From Polyangiales bacterium (lineage in GTDB: Bacteria; Myxococcota_A; Polyangia; Polyangiales; Polyangiaceae), in assembly GCA_038230375.1 (NCBI GenBank), contig JBBRNJ010000014.1, forward strand, positions 70,165-134,164: a stretch of 64,000 bases of DNA, written 5' to 3'. Shown piece by piece: positions 1 to 9,442 of this stretch (the first letter of the stretch is position 1; each line of letters begins with the position of its first letter). The notes under the pieces were generated by a model. That model worked only from the letters and a program-made list of their open reading frames with translations. It had not been told where the DNA came from and ran no database searches. The position numbers and the translations under genes were made by a program.

Positions 1-558
1 ATTGCCCATGCGCGCATCGCAGCTCGCATGGCGAAGCGCTTCGGCGCGGAGCCGGACTGGTCCCGCGTCGAGCCGAGCGGCGAACGGAGCCTGTTCGCGT
101 TCGCTCTTGAGAACGAAGTCGAGGGCTGCGTGCGCGAGACTCTTGGCGCCCTGACCGGCATGCACCAGGCGCACTTTGCTGAAGACGCCCGCGTCCGCGC
201 CATGATGAAGACGATCGCCGAGGATGAGGCACGCCATGCCGCACTATCGCATCGCGTGTCGACATGGGCGCGCCGACAATTGACTCCTCCGCAGCGCACC
301 GCGCTCGACGTTGCACGCCAGCACGCGCTCATGGACGCGCAGAGCGATTTCCTTCACCCCCCCCTCGTAACTTGGCAACGGTTGCTCGGACTCCCGACCG
401 CAACCGCGTCGAAAGCGCTGCTATCGGCCCTAGCGTCGGAGTTGCTGGCACACAAAGAAGGCAAGCCCAACGCCCGCAAGCCCACAAGCCCACAAGCCAA
501 GCCCGCGTCCCGGAAACGCCCTCAGAAGCGAATCCGCAAGCGTGTACCATCTCCGTAA
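1..558 (+). CDS. Ferritin-like domain protein (5' end outside window)
   Basis: Frame is open from base 1 (IAHARIAARM...). Diiron-type motifs ENEVEGCVRET and EDEARH; basic low-complexity C-terminal tail. Confidence 0.75.
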   Translation: MAHARIAARMAKRFGAEPDWSRVEPSGERSLFAFALENEVEGCVRETLGALTGMHQAHFAEDARVRAMMKTIAEDEARHAALSHRVSTWARRQLTPPQRTALDVARQHALMDAQSDFLHPPLVTWQRLLGLPTATASKALLSALASELLAHKEGKPNARKPTSPQAKPASRKRPQKRIRKRVPSP

Positions 559-864
559 TAAAGTCCGATAATTCCATATGCGAAATCGGACGGCAGAGTC
601 AGAGCGCGCCAAACCTAGGCGAGCTACTCACCGCGCTGAAGAAGCCGTCTGCACTGTACTATCTGGCAGGACTACTCCGGAACCGATCGCGGCGGTGGAG
701 CGAAGTTTGGAAGGCTAGCGTGCTCGATGACGGAGGACCAAGATCCGAAACGTGACGTCGCCAGGCTTCCGCGTGGCAGAGATCAGCGGCCGTGTCGCGA
801 CGCCCGGCGTCTTCTTTGGCGCCGACTGCCCGCGAACGATCATCCTCGCCGAAAAACGATAGAC

Positions 865-1455
865 ATGAAGACACACAGCGCGGCGGTGTCGATCGCGCTT
901 GTTGTGCTTCGGTGGCGCTGGCCTGTTGTGGGCGCACGCACGACGACCCAGACGTCGCGAGCGACGCTAGCGGTGCAGGCATCGTTGATGCGCAGGCGGA
1001 ACACGATGCCGGGCTGACGGACGCCGACCTGCAACGCGACCTCTTTCCGCCGGAGACGGCACTTGTCGAGGGCATGGACGTTCCAAGCTACGGGGGCCCT
1101 CCAGACTACGCTGACGGCTCGACTTGCTCGCCAGCGGGCACCAACACGGCCTTCTCCATCACGTTTCCGGCGCGGAAGTTCACGTGGAACTTTGTGCGAG
1201 GAGGCGGGTGACGCGGGCATTTTCCAGAAGACCACAGGCACGAAGGTGCTCACCGCCGCGGACACCGGCCCTCTGGAAGCCGCGCTCCACGCGATGCGTC
1301 TCTCGAGCGCCATTCCGTGCTGGGCAGACGCATCGGAGTGGGTCACGGTGACCACATCCCAGGTGATCGGGAAGTACACATCAAACGGATGCGACTCAGG
1401 CAGACAGCCAGTTTCCGGCGCGATGGAGGTCGTGTACGAGCTGTCGTTGCTCTAG
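865..1455 (+). pseudogene. Frameshifted secreted protein/lipoprotein (three consecutive frames)
   Basis: MKTHSAAVSIALVVL (ATG 865) joins SVALACCG...TFPARKFTWN (frame of ORF 792..1211), which joins LCEEAGDAG...YELSLL (frame of ORF 1063..1455). Shifts near 910 and 1191. Confidence 0.55.
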
Positions 1456-1873
1456 AGGAAATAGCCGCGCACAATAATCGTCGCGGAAAAGCGCTAAGCT
1501 ACGACGCATGAGTGTCGCGCACGACTACCGCGACCCTCGTCTTCCGCACCCGCGCACGTCGCCGCATGCAACGGCGTGACCCTCACGGGAGACTGAGCGG
1601 CGTGTGGGGCGCTCGCTGACCTCGAGGCGGCATGAGGCATCTCTTCAATCAACCGCCGACCATTGCGGCCCGCTCTTGCTCGCAACGCGCGACGACCCTC
1701 TTGGCATCCTCGACCACGGCGGGGTCTTCGTGCTGGAGCATGAGGCAACAGCTTCGAAGGCTGGCGAGGCGATGGTGCGCTCGATCCGGTTCGACCGCGG
1801 TCGCGTGGCCGTGTGATGCGCTTGCGTTCAGGCGCGCAGACGACGCGGTATCCAAGCGCGGAAACAAACAACA

Positions 1874-2340
1874 TTGGCGCTACGCTCTCTCGGTGACGCA
1901 GCGACGCCCGCCAACTTCGCAGGTGCAGCACTGTCCGGGGACTCCATCGGACTGCACAACGTCCCAGGCCGCGAAGTGATCGCCCTTGAGCGCGTGGACG
2001 AAATGGTCGCGGCATTTCGCGACGTCGAGGGCTTCGTCCGGTACACGTTCGCGACCTGGGCTGAGCCCGAAGCGATCCGGCGCTTGGAGGGCGACTACCA
2101 CGACTACGAGGGACGCGAGATCGTCCGCTCCTTTCGCTATGAGGCATGGCGCTGCATCGCGCACGTGACCGTCCACGGTTCGCCGCGCTCGGCGCAGCAT
2201 CGTCACGTCGCGTGCGGACTCATGCGAGCGGGGTACGAGCGGTGGATCAAGTTCGACGACGAGACGGATTTCCGACGGGGCCTTTCGGGCCTGCGAAACA
2301 TCGAGCAGGAGCTCGCGTTCCTTGCGTCGCTCGGCGACGA
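1874..2340 (+). pseudogene. Fragment of a hypothetical protein, fused to antisense sequence
   Basis: Protein-like composition and GC3 bias up to ...LRNIEQELAFLASLG; the ORF then continues only as the antisense of the nucleotidyltransferase fragment. Confidence 0.35.
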
Positions 2341-2503
2341 CGATGCAGTCCACGTCAATGGTGGGGCGCACGTCCAGGCCGTCCGGGAGGCTGTAGGGCG
2401 CGGTCACCGTGCCGCCGACGAAGACGACGCGATCACGCTCGGGCCCGAGCGCGCGTGCAACCGCGCTGACCGCGGCCCTGGACTTGAGTCGCGAGGAGTT
2501 CAT
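2335..2503 (-). pseudogene. Truncated nucleotidyltransferase (AbiEii/Pol-beta-like), N-terminal ~55 aa only
   Basis: RVVFVGGTVT...DVRPTIDVDCIV gives the GG and RxTxDxD motifs; resemblance stops right after. Start overlaps the stop of the upstream HTH gene (ATGA). Confidence 0.6.
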
Positions 2504-3021
2504 TCACCCAAGCGCTTCGCGAGTTCGGCGCGGGCCATGCTGCGCTCGCGCGCTCGTCCCACCCGCAGCGTGTCGGCCAGCGCGAGGTACTCGTAGAGGG
2601 CAGGGTCCTCGGCCGCCGCGAGCGGCACGGTCCGGTAGAGCGGGGCGATCATGCGTCCTCGTGCGCGCGGGCCCTTGCCCTTGATGGCCCAGACCACGCC
2701 GTCATCATCCCCCAGCTGGAGTTCCTTCGCGAGCACACCCACGCTGGACGCGGTGGGCATGCCTTCGCCGAAGGACCCGAGCTGCGCCGGGAACACGTAC
2801 CGCAATCCGGACACGAGGAACTCGAGGAGGCTCGCGCGGATGATCCGGCGCTCGCGTGCGTTGAAGAGTGAGCACGCGGCGAGGCGCTTGAGGCCGTGGT
2901 TCACCTCGCTGGCGCTCATGTGCAGCGCCTCCGCGAGCTGGAGCTGATTCCAGTCAGGAGCACGTGCTGTGGCGAGCTTCATCGCGAGCACGACGTCCTG
3001 GGGTTTGAGTCGGAGGTCCAC
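2500..3021 (-). CDS. Winged-HTH protein, putative type IV toxin-antitoxin antitoxin / regulator
   Basis: LKPQD N-terminus, HTH (QLAEALHMSASEVNHGLKRL), GLRYVFP and LADTLRVGRARER motifs; GGAGG RBS before GTG 3021; coupled to an NTase gene. Confidence 0.65.
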   Translation of the reverse strand: MDLRLKPQDVVLAMKLATARAPDWNQLQLAEALHMSASEVNHGLKRLAACSLFNARERRIIRASLLEFLVSGLRYVFPAQLGSFGEGMPTASSVGVLAKELQLGDDDGVVWAIKGKGPRARGRMIAPLYRTVPLAAAEDPALYEYLALADTLRVGRARERSMARAELAKRLGE

Positions 3022-3032
3022 GGTTCCTCCAC

Positions 3033-3063
3033 AGCATAGATCGTCATTTGCAAATTGCAAATG
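3033..3063 (-). promoter_or_regulatory. Sigma70-like promoter overlapped by a perfect inverted repeat (putative operator)
   Basis: CATTTGCAA-A-TTGCAAATG at 3045-3063; on the minus strand TTGCAA-N16-TATGCT precedes the RBS. Confidence 0.6.
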
Positions 3064-3181
3064 CAGCCGTTCCTCGCAAGGATCGCGCGCCGCGATGTGC
3101 TTCGCGCACGGCCATCGAGCACGCGCCCCGCCTTCGTTGAGTCAACTCGGCCCGAGTATGTCCCGCGAGCGGCCTGGATTT

Positions 3182-3256
3182 TGGTGGGCGCAGCAGGGAT
3201 TGAACCTGCGACTTCCTCCGTGTGAAGGAGGCACTCTACCGCTGAGTTATGCGCCC
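3182..3256 (-). tRNA. tRNA-Val (anticodon CAC)
   Basis: Reverse complement GGGCGCATAACTCAGCGGTAGAGTGCCTCCTTCACACGGAGGAAGTCGCAGGTTCAATCCCTGCTGCGCCCACCA folds as a cloverleaf; anticodon arm CCTCC-TT CAC AC-GGAGG, GTTCAATC T-loop, encoded CCA. Confidence 0.97.
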
Positions 3257-3391
3257 TGGAGAGGCCCAACGAAGTACCGCGTCGCCTCGCCAAATGCAAC
3301 CCCCTCTGCCCTCGGGCCACTGAACGCCTGTCATCATTCCTGTGGGGGGACGGCGATCGGTGGCGCTTGCGCTGTGATATCGGCTGCGGCC

Positions 3392-4045
3392 GTGTCCGAC
3401 TCGCTTCCATTCTTGATCGTTGAAGACGATGCGCCCGTGCGCCGCGTCATCAGGAAGGTCCTCTCTTCCTACGGCGAGGTCCGCGCCGTCACATCGATCA
3501 CCGCCGCGCTCGAGGCGATGGCGTTGCATCGACGCTGGTGCGGCCTCGTGCTCGATTTCAAGCTCGGGGATGGCAACGGCCTCGACTTCCTCGAGCTCGC
3601 GCGGACGCGGTACCCGCAACTGCCCGCGTTGCTCCTGACCGGCACGCTGGCGCCGGCGGTCGTGAACCGCGCGTTCCAGCTGCGTGCCGCGTACCTCTGC
3701 AAGCCCGTCGAGGTCGACCACCTGCGGCGGTTTGCACGCGAAGCGCGCGGTGCGACCCCAGCTGCGCCCGCTACCGCGTCTGCCCCGGCGGGGCTACCAG
3801 GTCCTATTCGCGATGCGGCGCTCGACTATGCGCGCACACACCGCCTCAGCCCCGTGGAGACCATGGTGGTGGAGGCCATCGCGATGAACGTCTCGCGAAT
3901 CGACGTGATCGATAAGCGCGACATCAGTGAGAACACCTACAAGACGCACGTGCGCCACATCCTCCGGAAGACCAACGAGACCAGCGTGACGGCCGTTCGC
4001 GCGAAGGTGACGGAGCTGGCCGCGCGCCGCCTCAGCCGGGCTTGA
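3392..4045 (+). CDS. Response regulator (REC + LuxR-like HTH)
   Basis: LIVEDD, LVLDFKLGDGNG (phospho-Asp), LLTG and LCKP receiver motifs; C-terminal LSPVE...ISENTYKTHVRHILRK. Start trimmed to GTG 3392 because the longer ORF crosses the tRNA. Confidence 0.85.
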   Translation: MSDSLPFLIVEDDAPVRRVIRKVLSSYGEVRAVTSITAALEAMALHRRWCGLVLDFKLGDGNGLDFLELARTRYPQLPALLLTGTLAPAVVNRAFQLRAAYLCKPVEVDHLRRFAREARGATPAAPATASAPAGLPGPIRDAALDYARTHRLSPVETMVVEAIAMNVSRIDVIDKRDISENTYKTHVRHILRKTNETSVTAVRAKVTELAARRLSRA

Positions 4046-4319
4046 TGGCCACGAGCTGCACCGTGGCGCTCGGCCCGGCGTGCAGACGCCCCTCGTGGAC
4101 CTCGCGCGCCGCGTTGCGAAGGACAGCGAAGGCGAGCGCGGAGAAATCCTGCTTCAGTTCGTCGAGTGTCGGCAACATGTCGAGGTCCTTCGGGCCGCCG
4201 GTGCCTTTGGCGATCTGCTCGGGCCTGTAGCTCTCGATGATGAGCACGCCGCGCGGGGCGAGCGCCTTCACGATGCGTGCGGACAGCGCGCGCCGGTCGG
4301 AGCGAAAGAACTGCGACAT
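4032..4319 (-). pseudogene. C-terminal half of a class I SAM methyltransferase-like protein
   Basis: ALAPRGVLIIESYRPEQ...GTGGP...EGRLHAG matches the C-terminal part of small SAM methyltransferases; the GxGxG motif is absent. Confidence 0.55.
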
Positions 4320-4378
4320 GGCCTCGCTCGGTCGTACTACGCCGCGCTGGGGGCGTAAACCCGTGCTATCCGCAGGGC

Positions 4379-5020
4379 ATGGGTTTCTGGGAGCGCCGCG
4401 TACTGCCGCACCTGATCGAGAAGGCCTGCAGGAGCTCGGAGATCAAGGAAGAGCGCGCTCGTGTCGTGCCCCGCGCGCGTGGGCGAGTGCTCGAGGTGGG
4501 CGTGGGCTCCGGCCTCAACCTCGCGTTCTACGATCCCGCGAAGGTGACGGAGCTCTGCGGCGTGGATCCATCGGAGCCGCTGCTCTCGCGCGCCCGCGAG
4601 CGCGCCCGTGACGTACAGCTGAAGACGAACCTGGTCCGTGGTTCGGCAGAGGCGCTTCCGTTCGACGACGCTTCGTTCGACACGGTCCTTGTCACCTACT
4701 CGCTCTGCAGCGTGACGGATGTTGCGCGTGCGCTCTCGCAGATGAGGCGCGTGCTCGCTCCGGAGGGACATCTGCTCTTCATCGAGCACGGACTCTCACC
4801 CGAGCCCGACGTCGCGCGGTGGCAGCGCCTGCTCACGCCGGCATGGCGCCGCGTCGGCGGTGGTTGCCGCCTGGACCGTGACATCCGTGGAGAGCTTCGC
4901 GACGCAGGCTTCACGCTCGACGACGTGTCCGCGCACTACGGCGAGAGCCCGAAGTGGCTTGGATTCACGTGCGAAGGTGCGGCCTCGAAAAATCGACCCG
5001 GCGGGCCTGAAGCCGCTTGA
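4379..5020 (+). CDS. Class I SAM-dependent methyltransferase
   Basis: VLEVGVGSG, AEALPFDDASFDTV and RVLAPEGHLLFIEHG motifs. Confidence 0.9.
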   Translation: MGFWERRVLPHLIEKACRSSEIKEERARVVPRARGRVLEVGVGSGLNLAFYDPAKVTELCGVDPSEPLLSRARERARDVQLKTNLVRGSAEALPFDDASFDTVLVTYSLCSVTDVARALSQMRRVLAPEGHLLFIEHGLSPEPDVARWQRLLTPAWRRVGGGCRLDRDIRGELRDAGFTLDDVSAHYGESPKWLGFTCEGAASKNRPGGPEAA

Positions 5021-5063
5021 GCTTCACCAGTTTGTCCCGTAACCGAAGCGGAAGAGTTTCGTC

Positions 5064-7010
5064 GTGCAGGACTCCCACTCGGCCAGCCGGATCGATCCAC
5101 CCGACGCGCCAGAGGAGCGCGGGCCGGCGTCCGTGCGCCCACGAAGACTGCTCTCCCGGATCCCGACGGCCACGTGGCTTTGCGTCGCGTTCGTCGCCGC
5201 ATACCTGATCCTCTTCGAGAGCTACAGCGGCGCCACGTTCCACGAGTCCGAGAAGCTCGGCTCGCTCGGCCGCGATCTGTTCACGTTTCTTCCGTACCTC
5301 GCACCCGTCATCCTGATCGAGGCCGCCACCCGCGGCCGCCTGCGCAAGGCGCTGGTCGCGGTCTATCTCGTGCTGCACGCACTCGTCGACATGGCGGAGA
5401 CCACTGCGCGCGGTCAGCTCGACTTTGCGTTCCTGCGCGACAACTTCGCGGAGGCCTCCTCGAACGCCGGCGCCGCCATGATGGTCGGCGTGATCCCGAT
5501 GCCGGTGCGTGTGCTCGTCGCGATGGAGCTCGTCGTGGTCGCGCTCTACGTGTGGCGTGAGCGCGCGCAGCGCTCCGTCCTTGCAACGCTCGCAGGCCGC
5601 GCACGCCTGGCCTGGGGTGCCGCCGCCGCTGTGCTCTTCCTGCTCGCGTTCGTCGGAAGCATCCCCTCGCGCGACTCGGTCACCAACTTCGGCAACTCGA
5701 TGGCGCAGTACTACGGAAAGAACCAGCGCATGGCGGATGCGCGCGCCCGCACACCTGGCCTCTATCCGCTCGTGCATCGCGACCCCGTCGTTGCGCCTCC
5801 CCTTGGCGTGCTGCCGGCCACAACGGCGGCCGAGCGACCCAACATCGTCGTGATCATGATGGAGTCGTTCAGCGCCGAGTACCTGGGCAAGATCGCACCG
5901 GACGGACAGCCCTACACGCCCACCGTGAACGGCCTTTACGCGCGCGGCCTCTCGGCACCGCGCTTCTACGGCAACTCCATCCAGACGTGCCACGGCCACT
6001 TCTCCACGCTCTGTTCGCTCGCGCCGAGCTACCGCAAGAAGGAGACGTACATCGAGCCGCTGACGCTCGACTGCTTGCCCACGATTCTCAGGCGGCAGGG
6101 CTACACGACATCGCTCTACGCCGGTGACGAGTCGGAGCACTTCGACGGGATCGACGAGTTCGGCGTGCGCCTGGGTTTCGAGGACACGCACACCGCCGCG
6201 CCCGCCGCGGTGACACCAGAGGAGCAGGCACATGTCTGGGGCTGGGGTCTCCAGGACGACTACTTCTACGCGTGGGCGCTGCGCAACGTGATCGCCCGCC
6301 GGGATCCAGCGCGTCCGTTCTTCGTCGCGCTCGCGCCGGTGTCGAACCACTATCCGTTCAACGAGGAGCCCGGACGCGCGGACATGCCCGGGGAGCCCAC
6401 GAGCGCACGCGCTGCATACACCGCTTCGCTTCGTGCGTCGGATCTGCGCCTCGCGCGGTTCTTCGAGCTGCTCGTGGAGAAGGATCTCGCGAAGGACACC
6501 CTCGTCGTCGTCACCGGCGACCACAGCTTCCCCGCCGACGAGCACGGATCACACTGGAACGAGCGCGGCTTCTACGAAGAATCCTTCCGCGTGCCGCTCG
6601 CAATGGTGTGGCCCGGCCATCTGCCGCCGCGCGCGCTCGACGGCGCGTTCTCGCAGATCGACATCGCGCCCACCATCCTTGATCTTGTCGGCATCCACGA
6701 GGACGTTCCCTTCGTCGGTCGTTCCGTGCTTGTGCCCGGCCCGCGCTTCGTGCCGCTCGTGCAGCCTTACGACGGCCAGTACCTGGGCGCGGTCGCGTGG
6801 CCATGGAAGTACCGCGAGCACGGCCTGACGGGCGAGGCACGTATGATCGATCTCGCGGCGGACCCCATGGAGCGGACGCCGCTGCCCACCTCGGCCGCCC
6901 CTCCGGACGTCGTCGAGAAGCTCAAGGCGGACGTCGACCGCATTCACCTGAACCAGGCGCTGCTCCAGTCGAACCAGGTGTGGCCAGGCAGCCGGGCAAG
7001 TAGTCCGTGA
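5064..7010 (+). CDS. LTA synthase family / sulfatase-like membrane transferase
   Basis: Several N-terminal TM helices, then PNIVVIMMES, candidate catalytic Thr in SIQTCHG, NHYPF, TGDH and SQIDIAPTIL. Confidence 0.8.
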   Translation: MQDSHSASRIDPPDAPEERGPASVRPRRLLSRIPTATWLCVAFVAAYLILFESYSGATFHESEKLGSLGRDLFTFLPYLAPVILIEAATRGRLRKALVAVYLVLHALVDMAETTARGQLDFAFLRDNFAEASSNAGAAMMVGVIPMPVRVLVAMELVVVALYVWRERAQRSVLATLAGRARLAWGAAAAVLFLLAFVGSIPSRDSVTNFGNSMAQYYGKNQRMADARARTPGLYPLVHRDPVVAPPLGVLPATTAAERPNIVVIMMESFSAEYLGKIAPDGQPYTPTVNGLYARGLSAPRFYGNSIQTCHGHFSTLCSLAPSYRKKETYIEPLTLDCLPTILRRQGYTTSLYAGDESEHFDGIDEFGVRLGFEDTHTAAPAAVTPEEQAHVWGWGLQDDYFYAWALRNVIARRDPARPFFVALAPVSNHYPFNEEPGRADMPGEPTSARAAYTASLRASDLRLARFFELLVEKDLAKDTLVVVTGDHSFPADEHGSHWNERGFYEESFRVPLAMVWPGHLPPRALDGAFSQIDIAPTILDLVGIHEDVPFVGRSVLVPGPRFVPLVQPYDGQYLGAVAWPWKYREHGLTGEARMIDLAADPMERTPLPTSAAPPDVVEKLKADVDRIHLNQALLQSNQVWPGSRASSP

Positions 7011-7040
7011 CTCGGCTCGGGCCGCTACGCTCTGCGAGCC

Positions 7041-7469
7041 TCAGGGCGAGAAGGTGGACGTGTCCGCTGGCTTCGCGTCCTTCGGCGGTTTCGGCGGCGG
7101 GAGCGGCTCTGGCGTCTGCGACTTGCCGTTGCCCTTCGGCGGGTCCGCGGGCTTGCCACTCCCGCTGCTTGCGCTCGACGCAGGTCCGGCGCCACCAGAG
7201 CCAGCGGGCTTCGCGCCGCCACCACCACCACCACCACCGGCGCCGCCGCCCGCGCCAGGGCCGCCCATTGTCTTCTGGGAGCACTCGCCCAGGATGTCGC
7301 CCTTGGCCTTGTTGCACTCGTAGCCGCCCATGCAATCCGTATCCATCAGGCACCGAGAGCCGTGCGGCGTGTTGCTCGGCGATGCCATGCCGCCTTCGTT
7401 GCACGCGACAACCACGAGCAAGGTCGCAACGAGGCCGAAAGGAGCAAACACAGCACGTCGGCGGATCAT
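7041..7469 (-). CDS. Small lipoprotein with 4-Cys module and Gly/Pro-rich tail
   Basis: Signal MIRRRAVF...LLVVVAC; CLMDTDC...C...C module; poly-Gly and Pro/Lys-rich tail. Confidence 0.6.
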   Translation of the reverse strand: MIRRRAVFAPFGLVATLLVVVACNEGGMASPSNTPHGSRCLMDTDCMGGYECNKAKGDILGECSQKTMGGPGAGGGAGGGGGGGGAKPAGSGGAGPASSASSGSGKPADPPKGNGKSQTPEPLPPPKPPKDAKPADTSTFSP

Positions 7470-7509
7470 GGGGGACCTCTCAACATACCACCTTCCTGCG
7501 GCTTCGCGC

Positions 7510-7543
7510 TTGACAACGGGCAAATAGAGTACACAGTACTCTT
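7510..7543 (+). promoter_or_regulatory. Sigma70-like promoter with palindromic operator
   Basis: TTGACA at 7510-7515, CACAGT at 7532-7537; inverted repeat AGAGTAC-ACA-GTACTCT at 7526-7542, just before ATG 7544. Confidence 0.55.
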
Positions 7544-8608
7544 ATGAGCACTCGGGGCGTATTGGACTGTGATGGCGAAGCGACCGGGGCACCTGGCGCG
7601 CGCGTTGCTGGAGGCCGCGAGGATCGCGCGCAGGGGGCGCTGCTCGGTCTGGCCGTGGGTGATGCGTTCGGGACCACGCTCGAGTTCACGAGTCCCACCG
7701 CCGTCCCGTTCGAGACGGCGCTCACGGGCCCTCACGTGGAAGTGACTGGGGGTGGTCCATTCGCAGTCGAGCGCGGGCAGGTGACGGACGACACGATGAT
7801 GGCGGTGTGCCTCTGGCGCTCGCTGCGCGCGTGCGGGCGCTTCTCCCCGGAGGACGTTGCGCCGCGCTATGTCGCGTGGGCGAAGGAGACGTTCGACATC
7901 GGCGTGCAGACCGACGCGGCGTTGCGACGCATCGAGGGCGGCATGTCACCGCTCCTTGCCGGGCGCTCGGTGTGGCTCGCCGCGGAGCGACGCCCAGCGG
8001 GGAACGGCTCGCTCATGCGCACGGCGCCCATCGGCGTCTTCTTCGCGAACGACGCAGAAGCACGCGTGCGCGCCACGGTGATGGACTCGCAGATCACGCA
8101 CGCGGATCCGCGGTGCATCCTTGCGTGCGCCGCGCTCAATGGCGCCATCGCAGCCGCGGTGCGTGGAGAGGCCACCTCCGCGAAGAAGGCCTTCGCTGGC
8201 GCGCGCGCCGACGTCCAGCAGGCATGCACGCTCCTCCCGGGAGACCCGGAGGACGCGACCGCGCAGACGGCGATCGAGTCGGATCTCCGCGCGGCCTTCG
8301 AGCTGTTGCCTGCGCTCTACACCGAGCAACTCCACATGCACAGCATGCAAGGCTTCGTGCGGGTCGCTCTGCGTCTTGCCTTCTTCGAGCTCGCAGCGGG
8401 TCGGCCGTTCGCGCAGGCGCTGACAAACGTCGTGAACCGCGGCGGCGATGCGGACACGAACGGCGCGATCACCGGCGCGCTCCTTGGCGCGTTCCAGGGC
8501 GAGGCCGCCATCCCCGAGGTGTGGAGGCACACGGTGCTCTCCGCGCTCGAGACGAGCCCGAAAGGCCCGCTCCGCGACGAGTATCACCCGCGCGCGTTCC
8601 GCGAATAG
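7544..8608 (+). CDS. ADP-ribosylglycohydrolase (DraG/ARH family)
   Basis: GLAVGDAFG, TDDT, GNGSLMR, ITHAD and GGDADTNGAITG motifs. Confidence 0.93.
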   Translation: MSTRGVLDCDGEATGAPGARVAGGREDRAQGALLGLAVGDAFGTTLEFTSPTAVPFETALTGPHVEVTGGGPFAVERGQVTDDTMMAVCLWRSLRACGRFSPEDVAPRYVAWAKETFDIGVQTDAALRRIEGGMSPLLAGRSVWLAAERRPAGNGSLMRTAPIGVFFANDAEARVRATVMDSQITHADPRCILACAALNGAIAAAVRGEATSAKKAFAGARADVQQACTLLPGDPEDATAQTAIESDLRAAFELLPALYTEQLHMHSMQGFVRVALRLAFFELAAGRPFAQALTNVVNRGGDADTNGAITGALLGAFQGEAAIPEVWRHTVLSALETSPKGPLRDEYHPRAFRE

Positions 8609-8633
8609 CGGGAGGAGCGCGCTCCGAGCGAGG

Positions 8634-9206
8634 TCAGGGCGAGGCCGACGTGGACGGGCCCTTCGCGACCTGAGAGAAGGTCGCCTGCGTAGGCGCCTGC
8701 TCCTCGAGCGCGGCGAGCGCCTCCGGGTCGACGTGACCGTGACGCTCGAGCCACTTGCCGAGCGTGAGGCGGTCCTTGCTGATGCGCTGCGCGCGCGGTG
8801 AGCTGCAGCCTTCGCCGCCCTCCGCATAGACCGCGAGTGGATGTGCGGGACACGCGCGCACGCTCTCACGGATCATGCGCAGCGCCACACGAGCGCCCTT
8901 CTCGGGGTCGGCAAGGATGTCCTCACCGGACCAGCCCTCCACGGTCTTCTTCTTGAACGGAAGGTGGATCTGGAACGCACCGAAGCTCTTGCCCGAGTCG
9001 CCGGTGATGGCGGTTCGGAAGGAGCTCTCTCGGAACGCGATGGCGACCATGAACGCGGCTGTCTTCTTCTTGTCCTTGTCGTCCTTGAAGATGGGCTCTG
9101 CATCGGCGATGGCGGCAGCGGTGCCGAGCGCGAACGCAGTGTGATCTCTTCCCTGGGGAACGAGCAAGGCACAGTAGGCGAGGACGAACGCGAGGATCAT
9201 CGTCAT
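8634..9206 (-). CDS. Exported lysozyme-like / lytic transglycosylase-like protein
   Basis: Hydrophobic N-terminus; IAFRESSF (catalytic Glu-Ser) followed by GDSGKSFGAFQI (GxxQ). Confidence 0.6.
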   Translation of the reverse strand: MTMILAFVLAYCALLVPQGRDHTAFALGTAAAIADAEPIFKDDKDKKKTAAFMVAIAFRESSFRTAITGDSGKSFGAFQIHLPFKKKTVEGWSGEDILADPEKGARVALRMIRESVRACPAHPLAVYAEGGEGCSSPRAQRISKDRLTLGKWLERHGHVDPEALAALEEQAPTQATFSQVAKGPSTSASP

Positions 9207-9442
9207 CCTGCGATCTCCTCGTGAGAGCCACGAGGGCGCGTCGGGACGGCGGCACTCATGCGCCCAGACTTAAGCGGTTCGAGCTTCAATTCAAGGCTCT
9301 TGCGTTGGAGAGCATCATGCCAAACGCGTAAGCGGAATGATGATCGACAGTTGACCTCCCGCACACGCGCGAACTTTTTTGATGCGCACATGTTGCGCGT
9401 TCGTGTGCTCGCGCGCGTTCCAGCTTCGTCAAGGATGAGGCG

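Noticed and set aside
559..3181. Intact prophage or integrative element at the tRNA
   Set aside because: No integrase, att duplication or structural genes are visible in the window.
2969..3391. N-terminal extension of the response regulator ORF
   Set aside because: It runs through the tRNA-Val gene and the promoter of the HTH gene; the receiver domain starts at about 3392.
9207..9442. Riboswitch or sigma54 promoter upstream of the lysozyme-like gene
   Set aside because: Stems are imperfect and match no family I recognise; TTGGCA lacks a correctly spaced TTGC.
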